Source: Dicyema japonicum
Taxonomy: Eukaryota > Animalia > Dicyemida
Reading direction: 5' to 3'
NCBI GenBank assembly: GCA_011109175.1
Contig: RDEW01000019.1
Span: forward strand, 48,038 to 112,037
DNA: 64,000 bases
The notes beneath the pieces are model-generated. The model was not told the DNA's origin. It ran no database searches and worked only from the letters and a program-made list of their open reading frames with translations. A program made the position numbers and the translations under genes. Positions 12,390 to 25,200 of the stretch are shown here, piece after piece (positions within the stretch are counted from its first letter, which is position 1; every line of letters starts with the position of its first letter).

Positions 12390-12820
12390 ATGTTAAACAG
12401 ATTAAGCAAAACAGATCTCCAAAATATTAAGGATAAAAAACAGATTGAAAAATTAAAACAAAAGTTGGAAGAGGAACGGAGAAGGGTGATTTATAAATTT
12501 AATTCAGAAAAATATAAACTAAAATCAAATATATTTGCAACCCCCAAAACTAATCATTTTGCCCCACAAGACATTCAGTAGTTTTAGATTTAAGGATTAG
12601 AAATCAAATTGAGGGAAATAAAAACTTAATGAATTATTTAAATTTGAAGAGCGAAATAATAATAAAGAAATCAAATAATGTTGTCCATAACCCTAAAGAA
12701 CGTTTATTTCCTGTAATTCTCCGTGATATTACTCCTCCAAAGAGATTTGACCCTAATACAGCTGCCAGAATGATGATTATTGAACAGAAAAAATTAGAAC
12801 TCAGAAATAAAAATACTTAA
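12390..12820 (+). CDS. Hypothetical basic, coiled-coil protein (about 135 aa), one intron
   Basis: ORFs 12390-12581 and 12629-12820 are joined in frame by a 23-nt GT-AG intron at 12578-12600; AT-rich upstream region; no family recognised. Confidence 0.55.
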
Positions 12821-12899
12821 CATTTAATGTCTTATTTCTTTACTAATCATACATTTATTACAATCATAGTTTGGAATATCACTCAGCCATATTTACCAT

Positions 12900-14200
12900 T
12901 TCACTCCCATTACGATAGAGACTTGACGGCGTACGCATTTCTCTCCATTATTGGACAACCTTATTGAGACAGAGGCTCGAAATGGCGGTGATCAGAGGTA
13001 ACGCCTTCGCAATTATTTTTTTCAAAAATAAAGTTTGGAATTTTTTTTGGCTCAATACATTCGACATCAAGAAAAATTCTCCTCTTCCTCCACTAAAAAA
13101 TTATTGTCCTTGAGATTTAGAGTAGTTAATAGAAAGGGTCTTTTCTGCTGACTAACCTGGATACTAAACCTTCCCAGTATAGATCAACAGGCGAAATCAG
13201 TAGGATATAGCCGAGACAGATTGAATGTTTCCAAGGCAGACTCTTTTTTACCGGACGCTAACATAGTAGCCAACCAGGGTTTAGAATTCCTTGCAATGTC
13301 AGTCTTTACAAGTAAGATTCTTCCAAGGAATGAAGTCGATTGTTTTGCGGGTGTCAACTGGGGATAATAAGGCCTTCTGATACCAGAACTTGTGGGAGAA
13401 CCCAGATGAATAAAATCACTCAGAGATGACTCGCATTCGACCAATCATTATTGAATCTATGTTGGAGCGATTCATCAGAAAGGATTCCTTTGACATTCAC
13501 AATGATGAATAGAGTCTTCGGACCAAATACAGTCATATTCTTGAGATCGCTGGGGTCAACAACTTCCAAAGTGACTGAGAATCGTGGTGTTCCAAAGGAT
13601 TTCTCAGACAGTTGTCAATGGAAACAGCAATTCAATTTTTCCCACTGAGTCATATTAAATGGGAAATTAAAAAAAGAAGACATCACTTGAATTCCACAAA
13701 GGGATAACTTGTTCTTTCTCAGTTAAATCAATAATTTCAATAACGGAGAACTGTCTTCACGGATTGATCTACGGAGAAGATACATAATCATATAAATATG
13801 AACCTACACTAGTTATCTCATCGTTGGAGTGATCCACGTGGTCAGAATCAAGATAACTGTAAAAATTGACACATAGCTTGGAAAATACGTACCCAAATAT
13901 CTAAATAAAGAGAGACAAGACTAAGACATTAATCTGAAAGGTCGGCTAATGGTAAGTCTTCTGACAGNTACACTAGCTATCTCATCGTTGGAGTGATCCA
14001 CGTGGTCAGAATCAAGATAACTGTAAAAATTGACACATAGCTTGGAAAATACGTACCCAAATATCTAAATAAAGAGAGACAAGACTAAGACATTAATCTG
14101 AAAGGTCGGCTAATAGTAAGTCTTCTGACAGAATTGAAGAATTTATGATCCACCGTTTTTTCAGAGCACTCGAATGGCATAAGCGATTTATTAACCGCAA
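12900..14200 (-). mobile_element. Decayed LINE endonuclease/RT remnant
   Basis: DSDH motif near 13840 and degenerate post-endonuclease motifs; many stops; partly duplicated across the N at 13968. Confidence 0.4.
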
Positions 14201-15074
14201 TGATTCTATGTTGTTAAATTGGTGTAATTATGTGTATTTTTGTTAGTAAAAATGTAGAGGAAACAACCTTGAAACAATCGATATTTCCTTCCTACGACAA
14301 AAGATTAACCACCGCCAATCTATATTTTAAAAACACTAAAAACTTAAATAATAATAATAATAAAAATTTAAAATATATACTCCCTACAAAAAATGGGTAT
14401 TCATGTTGATTTTTTTGTCAAAAAATCAATTACTTTAACACAAGTGATTTCCCAAGCTAAAAATTGCACCGAAGCGTAGCATTTCTCGAATTTCAATCAA
14501 AATTTGATCACCATTTATTTTCTGAACAAAATAAAGAAAATTAGACTTCCAGGGTACCGCAACACTGAGGGACTTGCTGATAATACATTCACTTTCTCTC
14601 TTAGCCATCCATGAAAAACATCAGTAATATCAATTCGGAAATAAGGGATAAGCATAATATTAGTTAACCGCAATTCCACAAATCAATATTTAATCACTAT
14701 TTATTTTCATAAAAACAAAGAAAATGGATGACGAGTACAAAAAACATACACAGAACTAGACAACCATCTCATCTTCTACTGATGATTCCTCAAATTGATT
14801 CATAGAACCATGCTTCACAAACCATCAACCAAGACATGTGAATTACAACCACAGCAAACCATCTTTCGTTCTTGCCGCAAACACGTCCTTATTTAACCAT
14901 ATTCCTTGAACAAGGAACCTGCAAGTCTTAAACCACTAAAAAGTCCACCGAATAGCATAAACCAAACAACCAAGACTACTTTAAATAGATCTCATAACAT
15001 TAGTTCCTAACCACAAGCCCACTAGTGATAGTTTAACCCCGAAAGCAATAAATAAGGAAAAAGTCAATAAATAG

Positions 15075-15449
15075 TTAGGAGAGAGGAGGGAACTCCTCTA
15101 AACTTTTTAGATTAAGTGCTCCTGACGAACTGTTCTCGGCATTGGTAACTAACTTCCCGTCCTTTCCGAGAGAAAAAAATGGGACATGGTTCACTTCTTT
15201 TTTGACGGAATGGATCTTAGGAGGTTCTTTATTCCACACATTCCCAGTCACGGTGGGAATCTCTGGAGTCTGAGAGACGGGTTTCTTAACCTCCAAGATC
15301 TGGGTAGTCTCTTTGGTGAGTGGAATAAGTTCTTCCTCCTCTTCGTATTCTGGGGCTGGGAACTCCTTCTTAACCTCCTGGGATGACTTCTGGGCAGATA
15401 GTTTTTGTTTTTGTTCATCGATGTGTTTGAATAATCTTTGAAGACTCAT
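15075..15449 (-). CDS. CDV3-like: CDV3-like protein, intronless
   Basis: N-terminal SLQRLFKHIDEQKQK, acidic patch, GNVWNK and C-terminal LKSLEEFPPLS resemble the CDV3 motifs SLDxFF..KDKKK, GPWNK and FPxL; weak motif-level match. Confidence 0.45.
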   Translation of the reverse strand: MSLQRLFKHIDEQKQKLSAQKSSQEVKKEFPAPEYEEEEELIPLTKETTQILEVKKPVSQTPEIPTVTGNVWNKEPPKIHSVKKEVNHVPFFSLGKDGKLVTNAENSSSGALNLKSLEEFPPLS

Positions 15450-15949
15450 GATGGTCGTTAGAAAAAATGACAACAGAAGTTAGTAGCACTAAATAATAAT
15501 GACACAGATTTAAAAAAATTTATTCAATATAAATTTTATAATTAATTAAATATTATTTATTTTATTATTAATTTCACTTAAATCTACAGAGAAAATAAAA
15601 TGCATCCACATTTAAGAGATTCCTAACTAAACTCAAAAATAGCCATTTTTTTGGTTAATTTTACTCTCTGTTAAATTTCACATGTTTTAAGACAGCCATC
15701 GCTTAAGTCTTAGCGGATTTCCCATAATTCGATTTGAATATAAAACTCAATTATCGGTTCGATTTTTATTGTTTATAATAAAATCCAAATCTTTTCTTAA
15801 TTTCCAGAGATCACGTGCCTATTTAGATTAACTGTGGCATAAATTATCATTGGGAAGTATTGTAGGAAGTTGGGAAATTAAAATTAATGATTTTCAGCGT
15901 AATTTAACAAAGGCAATTAAAAGTTTATTTTCAATGGCAACGGAAGTCA

Positions 15950-16330
15950 AATGGGGGAGTTATGGGGTTTTGCGGACACCATGGCTTTTCAATGTACAAG
16001 ACGTTCGGTTTTCTTGAAAAAAGACAGTGATTTCCAGGTTGCTCCAACAACAATAGCAAGGAACAGAGGCAATTGAACTTGAGTTTGCGTAATCCCGTCA
16101 AGGGTTATCCGATGCCCACTTAAGAAATTCAATATCCACAATTCGATTTCTATTCACATTTATTCACAAGTTTTATTATTTCTTATCGATTTTAAATTAG
16201 AACATTTAATTTCTATAAACTCAACCACCTGGACTTGTCAAACTAGAACTTCTACCTGAGATATTTGTCCTTGGAGATTCAATCGTTTAATCCATTAAAG
16301 CGGTAATCAAATGAAATTTAATAATTTCAA
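15950..16330 (+). CDS. Possible small orphan gene with micro-introns
   Basis: Three GT-AG segments of 23, 21 and 31 nt link short open frames; start and stop uncertain; no homology recognised. Confidence 0.25.
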
Positions 16331-16479
16331 ACACAGAATAGCGAATATTTGATTACTTTTTAATTTTTACACATCGTTGAATCGACAAATGGTCCCCTCT
16401 TGGTTCTCAACGGGGTTTCGAGGAAAATGGGGAATCTCAGAATTTTTAATTCTAAAATCAAGTACCACATAAGCATAGA

Positions 16480-17200
16480 TCTATAGACTTACTAAGACCT
16501 CTAGTCGACGTGATTCTGTAATAAAGATTAAGGGGTCATTCGTCCTAAATTTAAGGATTGTTGAAAAACAATGGTTTGAGTGTATACCTTAGGCTGTGAT
16601 GCATTTTTTCTTTATCAAGCTGGTTTCCAGATAATATCGTTAGTATTCCGAATCTTTTTTCAGCAGAGTCGTACATCGATCAGATCAGCAATATAGCGAT
16701 CTCAAAGATGTCTAGGAAGGATGGGTGTAATCGCGGGCTTGGTAGCCATTAGCTTCTTCGAATGACAATGTCACACTTTTTGACAACTTTGCCGACCTCA
16801 AGTCTCGAAATTCCGTAAATTCTGCTTTTTAGGAGACTGTAAGGATCAATGTTCATATTACTATCATGGAAAGAATTAAAAATACTACAGCGATCATTTT
16901 TGCTTTCAGTTCTCTCTCTTGAATTGTAAAATAGCCGAGTTTTACATTATCTAAGATAAAATTACAAATTTCATTTACAAATGTTAATATTTTTGCTAAA
17001 AATCTGATTTTCATTCTTTTTTTAGGCGTAATATCGCTCGGCAATTCATCTTGCCAAATTTCATCCACAAATGTTAATATTTTTGCTAAAAATCTGATTT
17101 TCATTCTTTTTTTAGGCGTAATATCGCTCGGCAATTCATCTTGCGACTGAAATCTCTTAATTTTGTTAAGTTCTTGTGTTGTCAGTTTATAGAAACCCAC
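16480..17200 (-). mobile_element. Ginger/KRBA2-like integrase transposon remnant
   Basis: LPSDITPKKRMKIRFLAK, then KSRIYGISRLEVGKVVKKCD (HHCC region) and LHP..FEIAILLI.SM resembling PFER..IDL.DM; frameshifted; 84-nt internal duplication. Confidence 0.5.
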
Positions 17201-17399
17201 AAGAATGATTTATCTCTTGTGATTAATTATTTTTTTTAATATAATATTTTTTAGTTTTTTTTAACAATTCTAATAAATTTCCTTTATTTATTTTTGTGTA
17301 ATTATTTTTTGGAAATTAGCTAGACACTCCTTCTACGGACGGTGAAATAATATAACTCCTATTCAATTTGTGAAGAATAAATTTGTGACATATCTAAAA

Positions 17400-18200
17400 T
17401 TAGTAATTTTGGAAGTCAGATTATAATTCCAGTTTATTTTATGATAATTTTATTTGTTCATTTATTGCTTCAGAATAACTGGGTTATAGAGAAAAAGAAT
17501 GTCTTCAGCTAACTAAATGATCTCAGACTTGAAATGGGAACCGATATCGGCGATGACAGACATCCTGTTATCAGCTCATATTTTTGGGAGTTTTTCAAGG
17601 TAGCCGTGAAGAATTTTGTAGAGTGGACTGTTTGAAAAATTGGCCGCTCTTAGGAATTTTCATGGTCGTTCGAGAGGTGGAATCAAGACACGCGATACAC
17701 TTATACAGGATGGTATTGACTAAATGAACTGGTGGTCCACCAAGTAGCACTCATCTTTACCTCCGTGATTTTTGGAAAGATCTTTAGAGCTGTCATTCTC
17801 TTCAGTGAGTTGTTTTACGATTTTCCACGTATCTCGTAAAGAAACCCCTTTGTCGAACATCGCTCCTAGAGTAACCCTGTTGTTTAGGATCATGGTTAGT
17901 TTGACGTTGTCCATAATTGAGTTCCTCTACGACCCCAGTGGGTGCTCAATAATATCTAGCCTCCAAGCAAAGACGATATCATCATCGTATGAGGGGAGGA
18001 TGTAATTTCCTCTAGTAGGTTTTGCCTTGTCATGTATGTACAGGTTGAAGAGTGCTGGTGAAGGTGCACTCTGTTGGTGGAAGTGATATCCCCGGAAACG
18101 AGGACAGTTCTCCTGTGAGGTTTTGTCGAATTAAACACTTCACCACTTAAATGCGAGGGGGTAGTAAAATGTGTCAGTGCTAGTAACAGAATCTCATTGA
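17400..18200 (-). mobile_element. Decayed Jockey-like LINE RT
   Basis: SPALFNLYIHD...PSYDDDI (degenerate motifs B and C), LGAMFDKGVS (LG..D..L), LYK. Confidence 0.6.
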
Positions 18201-18369
18201 TTTTTACGGGTACTGGATCTAGTCTACTATATCGGATATTTCGAACACGTGGAGTCTTGATTTCTCAGTGAGTTTTTCAAACAGTTTATTTATACTCACT
18301 TTGAGGCAAAATTCCATTTTACTCGATCCTGAAATGAGGTTACAAGTGTTTTTAATTAATTTGATTTAT

Positions 18370-18640
18370 CAACCCCAAATTGACAAGAGGACCTGAGTCA
18401 TCGTCTAAGTTAAGTGACCTCGGTGTCCATACCATATTTTTTCATGCGGTTAGTTTTGCAATCCTGGATTAATATCTACAAAAAAGGAAAGATTCTTCCC
18501 ATATCTCGGTCAGGCGTCCAGATGTAATTTGACTTCCAGGCCGAAGAGATTTTCAGCAGACTTTGTCATCTTAAGAAGTCTCGGTTGTGTTCTGCAAGGT
18601 ATTGAACGAACGGTTAGTGTTCTCTGTAGTAACGACGTGG
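18370..18640 (-). mobile_element. RTE-like AP-endonuclease fragment
   Basis: Nucleotide homology to 34230-34440 and 10380-10480; degenerate GD motif region. Confidence 0.5.
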
Positions 18641-19404
18641 ACCTCTTTTTGTACGATATCATTAATATTATGTTTTGTTTATGTGTTTTGGGTAGAAAGT
18701 GTATGAATTTATTATGTTTAATTGAATGAATTAATTATTTAAATATGTGGACTTAACATCGATATTATCAAGATATGCTCTATTAACTAAAATCAACCCT
18801 GGGTTGTTCAATTACAGTCCTATTTAGAGCCACTGCCTTCCACGATGACGAATATTCTTAAGGTCGGCTAACTATCGAACAGCCCTCTCTGCAAAATCTT
18901 GTGTGATACCTTGAAATATGAGCTGACTCCATGAGAATAGTTGTACTCGATGTCACCCTTGTCTGTTTTAGTCTCCCCTTGGCGCCCTGGAATCAGTTAG
19001 TTGAAGACATTCATTTTCTCTTTCAACTTGTACCTGTGGCAATGANTCTGTTTTAGTCTCCCCTTGGCGCCCTGGAATCACTTAGTTAGTTGAAGACATT
19101 CATTTTCTCTTTCAACTTGTCCCTGTGGCAATGAAATTATTCCAAAAACCAAAGGTAAAACCAAACTAACTAATCCTGTGATCCTGACGTGTTCCAGCAG
19201 AACCAAGCACAGTGATTTAGAAGACATTGTCATGGAAGCTAAAGTCAAAACCATAACTCGTCTCCAGAAAGCAAAATAGTCTCCCGATTAGAATTATGAA
19301 ATGACAGGCCAGGTATAGGACGTCTTTCAAGTAAAAAGGATCGGACGTTGCCACTAGAAGGAAGAGAAATCTTCAATGAAGTAGCCGTACGACACCACAT
19401 TATT

Positions 19405-20060
19405 ATTATTATTTAAGCCAAAGAAACACCGTCTTAACCAATAACTAATATTCAGGTGATCCCGGCATCTCTCAATAATCGGGCCATTTTTTCTCGATGC
19501 TCCGACCGTGATCCCACGCATTTTCTATACGGACGGGGGTCTTTTTCCTTTCCTCTTCTGAAATTGCCTCCAGTTGCCTCTATGATAGACTCGAGTGCTC
19601 TGGGGGCAATTTCTTTATCTGTATATTTTTCCAGTAATTTTTTTGCTCTTGACTGGATCTCTTGAATTTTTGTTAGGTTCGTTGCCGACAGGTTAGATCC
19701 CCATGCAGCACATGCATAGCCTATTGTTGGCTCGACATACTGCTTGTAGAGGGTCCCGATACCTGGCGGATAAATTCCTCCACAGTTCCAAAGGAAGGCT
19801 TTTACAAAATTGATCTTCTTTGCACAGGTTGATATGATAGATTCCACATGGGCTGAGAAGCAGAGGAAAGTATCAAAATTTACTCCCAGTATCTTCTGCG
19901 ATTTCTTTTGTGGTATAGGTACTCTATTTAACGTGACATCAATTGTTTGCGTTCCCATCTTTATATTCTTAGTAAATAGAGTGACTGCTGTTTTTTCGGA
20001 AACAATTCAATAAAAGTAATCAATAATAACATTATCAGCCTCTAAAGGGCAGAATTATAA
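19405..20060 (-). mobile_element. LINE 3' portion (Jockey/L2-like) with (AAT)n tail
   Basis: KILGVNFDTFLCFSAHV...LYKQYVEPTIGYACAAW; AATAATAATAAT tail at about 19405-19416. Confidence 0.8.
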
Positions 20061-20958
20061 TGATTGGGATATCAAAATATATCAAGAAATAGTAAATGTT
20101 GATACTAATATTAAGGATTTTATCAAAATAGAATTAGTGTTACTATTGTTGTGCGGAATTACTAAGATTTAGTTTATTATAGAACTCCACACAGGCTGCC
20201 AGTTAACATTAATCAAATCTTCCCTTAAAAACAGTTTTTTTGTCGCAGCCAGGGTAAACTAAATATTACTCATATTCTTATATAACTGAGGCACCGATGC
20301 ACCATTCTCAGTTTAATAGATTGAATCCTTTATTCAGTCGGAGGAGTCTTGGGTGCTCAGCTTCAACAAAAAAATGATCGGATAGCGATAAAGGGAGCCT
20401 AGAACGATTGCATGGGGGTAACCCCCAATCAGTGCAGCAATTAGCTTTAAATAATTATTAAATTGGTTTCCCAGACACAATCGGCGTGAAGTTGCCTCTC
20501 ACAATGGCAACCGAGATGACCCGGAGAAGCCACCAGGTCTCACGTAGGACGAATTATAAAAACATGATTCGTGGAAATTTTCAAAATACGGTGAATTATT
20601 AAAATCAGCTTACTCGTAAACCCTAAAGTAAAAAATACAAATTTATCAGCAACCTGAAATTAGAGAAAATGCCTTAAACACACATGAAAGGTGATTAAAG
20701 TAATTATAGCAACTCAAAAAATATTGACGTCATAGAGGATAGCCATCTGTTAGTGATACTGGAAGACTATGAATTAATCGTCTAAAGGTCGATATAATCT
20801 GATTTGTAATTAAATCGACAGATTTTGTCATTACTATTTACGTCATCGTATTATTCGCACTTTAAACAGTTTTACTAAAAAAGTAATTCTGGTAAACTAT
20901 TAAAAACAATATATTCTATATTAGTGAGGTACACACATGAGATAGTCCCTCCGGTGCT

Positions 20959-22243
20959 CTAGTTATACTTTTCCGATTCTTTCTCCTCCTTTTTATCCTC
21001 CGTCTGTCCAAAACCTGAAGAGTCCATGTATTCGTCGTTAATTCCGTAAAAGTCATAAGCCTGGTTGGTCTCCCCCATTTTTGAGACGTATGGTTCCGAT
21101 ACCTTACATTACCAAGCATGATACATTGGAAAAGGTCGAGTCCCTGTTTTTGTCAGAACGATAAAAGTAATCTCCGGAATCTCGAAACTTGAATAACAAG
21201 AAAACACAAACCATCACAGAATTTTGGTACTCGTCGAAGGAATCGTTCATTAAGCGATACTGTTGGGCACCGCTGGAGGTTGGCTCGTAAATTCCCGAGT
21301 CGTGGATCTAAAAAATCCCGCCAAAATCAACTGGTCTGTAAAAATTGTAGCTCTCTTCGTTCTGCTCAGAAAGAGACTTATTTGGTTCGTAAACAGGATT
21401 TTGTAGTAAATATTGTCCTTGATCGTGTCGCTTCCGGTTGTAATGAGGATATGAATTATAACTAATAGGACTAAGTGATAATAAGATATAATACGTTGAA
21501 GTCCAATGAGATGGGGGATAGTAGGCATTCCCGAAAGATTGGTTGGACTGTTGGTAGTCCATCATAGAGCTTCCGTCCTCGTGCTTCATGTACATATTTT
21601 GGTGGAATTTATCCGGTAAAAACGGTTCGGAATGAGTTCTAAGGGATAAATCATCATAAACCTCTCTCCCGCGTAAAACTCAGATTGGGAACATCTCCCC
21701 ATTCCGTCGGACTGTAATGACTACCAATATCTCACCTGTTTATGGAAGAACTGCCCTCGATTAATTTTACATCGCCCAGGCAGACTCCTCCGCATGAACT
21801 AAGGTCTAAAAATAAAAAAAACATTCATGGGGATTTGATTATCAGAATACTGCTGATGAAAGGAGCCCTGGTGGGGGGATCCAAAAAGATCAAACGAATT
21901 TATAGTTGGGAGAGGTGGCTGACTGGTCGGGGAGTCCTAAAAAGACGGTAAAACGGCGTTAGAGTTCATGCAAAAGGTCAATCGATTTGCGGAATACGAA
22001 ATATAATCAATGATTGATTAACAAATTTGCAAATGAACACAAATTAGTTAAGGTTAAGGGGAATTTACTAAGTCAGGCAACATGGGATTTTGATTTGCAA
22101 AGAAAATGTACCCTGTAAAGGTCCGACCGAAGATCTCGCATAACTGCGTCAAATTCAGCGATCTCTTGCCTCTGCTTGTGGGTATGCAAGGCAATTTTTT
22201 CACTGAACTTTCTTGGGTTTTCAATGGGATAGTTTTGTCTCAT
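20959..22243 (-). CDS. CRTC: CREB-regulated transcription coactivator (CRTC/TORC), about 7 introns
   Basis: N-terminus [31 protein letters not shown] matches TORC_N; RTHSEPF resembles the 14-3-3 site; acidic/aromatic C-terminus; 22-24 nt introns restore one frame. Confidence 0.82.
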
Positions 22244-22689
22244 TAACTTATCATACAGTGTACATAGAAAATAATTTTAGCGATCTAAAGCGATTTAATT
22301 ATTAATCGATTTATAAGGTTAACCTTAGAATATTTATTTTTATTTTTTATTATTTTTATTATTAAATTAATTCTAAATAAATCATTTTTATTATCTAAAA
22401 TTCTTTATTTATTAAAAATAATAATTTTTCAGAAATTCAGACCCAGGATTTGACTTCCTTTAAAACACAATAAACAAACCACGTGGGTGGTCGTCAAAAA
22501 TCACATATTTGGGAATAAATTTGCATTCTATTAATTAAATTATTGTGGGAATTTTAAAGTGCACTTTTAATAATTATTGTGCTACGAACTATATTAAAAT
22601 TTAAAGTCACACATAAATGGAATGTGCTGTATTCGGTTACCTAACACCTGTGCTTACTACATGACAATTCTCAGGCGCTATGAAACCAT

Positions 22690-22880
22690 CTTCGTTTAAG
22701 GGGATTTCTGAATCGTAATCGCATTCCAATTTAATTGAACTCGGAGGATTGCTTGCCAGAAAGAAAAGGGATCAACGAGAAAAATTATGGCTAAGACAAA
22801 AGATTGGAGTGCCCATACTCCAAAGGAACTTGTTCGCAATCCACGCAGCAGGCTTCCTCAACTGACATTTGTTTAATTGT
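22690..22880 (+). mobile_element. CRE-like non-LTR 3' fragment
   Basis: KRDQREKLWLRQKIGVPILQRNLFAIHAAG; nucleotide homology to 29770-29885. Confidence 0.7.
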
Positions 22881-23819
22881 TAAAAAATTATTTTGTTTAA
22901 AAAAAAAAATTAATCGATGAGTTTTTCAATTAAGTTCCACTTTGAAGAAGATATCTCTAATATTAAGGCCAGTCTGAAAAATGGGTCCTCAAATTTATGA
23001 AAGTTTACCCACTTCAGTGTATTTAAGCTTTTAAACCTTTCAAGCGACTTAGCTCCTTTAAGCCTAATTGTTGTTTATAGGGAGCTTAACAGTTAAAATA
23101 AATTTTGGCGCTTCTTACACATTTTTTGGCTTTGCTTAATCGTGCACAGATTAAATCATGATATCTATCGTAGGATCGATCTAATCTTATTATAAACAAC
23201 AGCCCAAAATAGAATTGAACCTTAGTACTCATAACGGTATAATTTTAACTTTTGCAACAAATTTCATTTGACTCGAGCGATTTTTGCAATTTTACGAAAA
23301 ACAATATTTAAGGTCGAATAATGGCTGTCTAATTTGTAAAACATCAGCCCCTACAAATATTGATTTTTCCTGTATCATTCAATGTCACTGTAACAAATCT
23401 TGTAAGAATCCCACACGTCCCACAATTCCCAAAGGTAGCGAATTCAAGTTACTATGGTGGATACTATCNTGTAAGAATCCCACACGTCCCATAATTCCCA
23501 AAGGTAGCGAATTCAAATTATTATGGTGGATGCTATCGTCAACTGTGGATCACCTGTTTTTTGCCTAATAATAGGGAATTTTTTACATTTTTAATAAATT
23601 TAATTTTTCAGGAAACATTTTAAAAAATAATTCATTTCACTTAAAGTCGTTTAGTTAATGAAAATAGATTCATTTAAAATTTTGGATGACCATTTTCTGT
23701 GATCACTAAAAGGTTCAAAATTGTATAGCACGTGCAGACGCTTTGATGGAGTTTTAATATATAGAGGTGTCTAATTTTCTAATTTCGGCTAAAACTTTGT
23801 TTTTTTAAACTAAGTTGAG

Positions 23820-24075
23820 TTGGGCCGAGGCTATAATACATAGAATGTCTCTATCTCTTCAAACCGGATCGTCTTCCTTCTCACAAGCTTATGTGACAAA
23901 TTCAAGGGACATCGGAAACCAAAAGTACTATCCCAAATTCAACAAATGTTCAGCCAACTGTCACATTGTCGATAATCGCTTTTGTAAATGGTTCTATTGT
24001 GCGATCTGAAATTTCCTCGAGGAAATATTCTTTAGTTTCCCTGAAAATTCCACCAAAAGTCTATTACTGGGTTAA
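23820..24075 (-). mobile_element. Merlin/IS1595 (ISXO2-like) transposase remnant
   Basis: FGGIFRETKEYFLEEISDRTIEPFTKAIIDNVTVG matches FGG.ER.T...F...V.DR...TL...I...V..G. Confidence 0.65.
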
Positions 24076-24419
24076 AAATCGCCCACAATAATTTTTTTTG
24101 TTTAAAAAATATACTTTTGTCTATTTTTACGATGATTCTTCATCATCTATCGTTAATTGAAAAGATAATACCGATTAAAAATATCTTTTATCGAGAAAAA
24201 TCTTATTTCTTGTATAAAATTAATAGATTCTTAATTATTTTGAGGTTGATTATAGAAATTAAACTGTCTCCACGTGAACAGTTATCACAACGTGGAATAT
24301 TTTGAAAAAGTTCAAAAAAATAATTAATAAAAAATATAATTAATCGTTGAAAATTATTAATATTTATTTTTAACCTAAAAATACCATATATTGATTTGAG
24401 TGGACAACTATCTATCTTC

Positions 24420-25200
24420 TAGTCACAGTGGATTCAAGACAAAAAGATCCACTGCGAATGTAGTATGGAGCCATAAGTGGCGCAGCACTATCAACCAGTG
24501 ATTTGAAAGTGCAACAACAGTCCTGGGAATAAACCTCCCTAGGGCCTTTGACACGGTCCGTCGTGGTCTACTTCTCAGGATATTGGAACAATTCTTAGAC
24601 CCTGATTCTATCAGTATGATCATAGTATTGCTATCTAACACGAAGCTCAGTGTACGGGTCAGTAAGATGTTTTCTCGTAAATTTACATGCAATGTTGGTA
24701 CTCCCAGGGAGATTCCTTCTCGCCCTTGCTATTTGTCATATATCTGGAGTTGCATTACGAGATTTTCGGAAGTTCTATGATGGCAACATCGTCGAAATTT
24801 CTTATGAAGATGCCGTCGTCTTTGTGTCAGAAGACAAATCGGTCCTACTTCGACTCCTCGAAATGGCGCCTGCTGAGCTGAACCGATGGTTCCTTGGAAT
24901 GAACACCGCAAAGACCGACATTGTGGAAATCAGGAGAATAGAAAGCAGATCAAGTGAAACATGGCGAAAAGCTAACAAACTTGGCTCTTAAATGGAGACA
25001 GTCAAGATATTGCCAAAAGGAAGGTCCTCGGTTGGGTAACGATGAACAAGTTAAAAAAAGAGTGCATTGGCAAACGACGAGCTTGCACATCACTTCATTT
25101 GAGACTGTATGAAGCCTTTGTACAATTCATAAACCTGGGAAACATCCAAAATCGAACAACTTGGACTAGAAGACTCTTTCCATCGAAGACAACCTAGATC
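24420..25200 (+). mobile_element. RTE-like LINE RT fragment
   Basis: HSGFKTKRST, RAFDTV, GTP(Q)GDSFSPLLFVIYLE, ISYEDAV, KLGSL; same family as 6530-7075; ends at the N gap. Confidence 0.85.

Noticed and set aside
14390-15050. Possible membrane-protein gene with hydrophobic open frames
   Set aside because: Could not build a consistent spliced ORF on either strand.
20410-20510. Hairpins TGGGGG-TAA-CCCCCA and GTTGCC...GGCAAC
   Set aside because: Single occurrence next to decayed LINE sequence; no family or second copy recognised.
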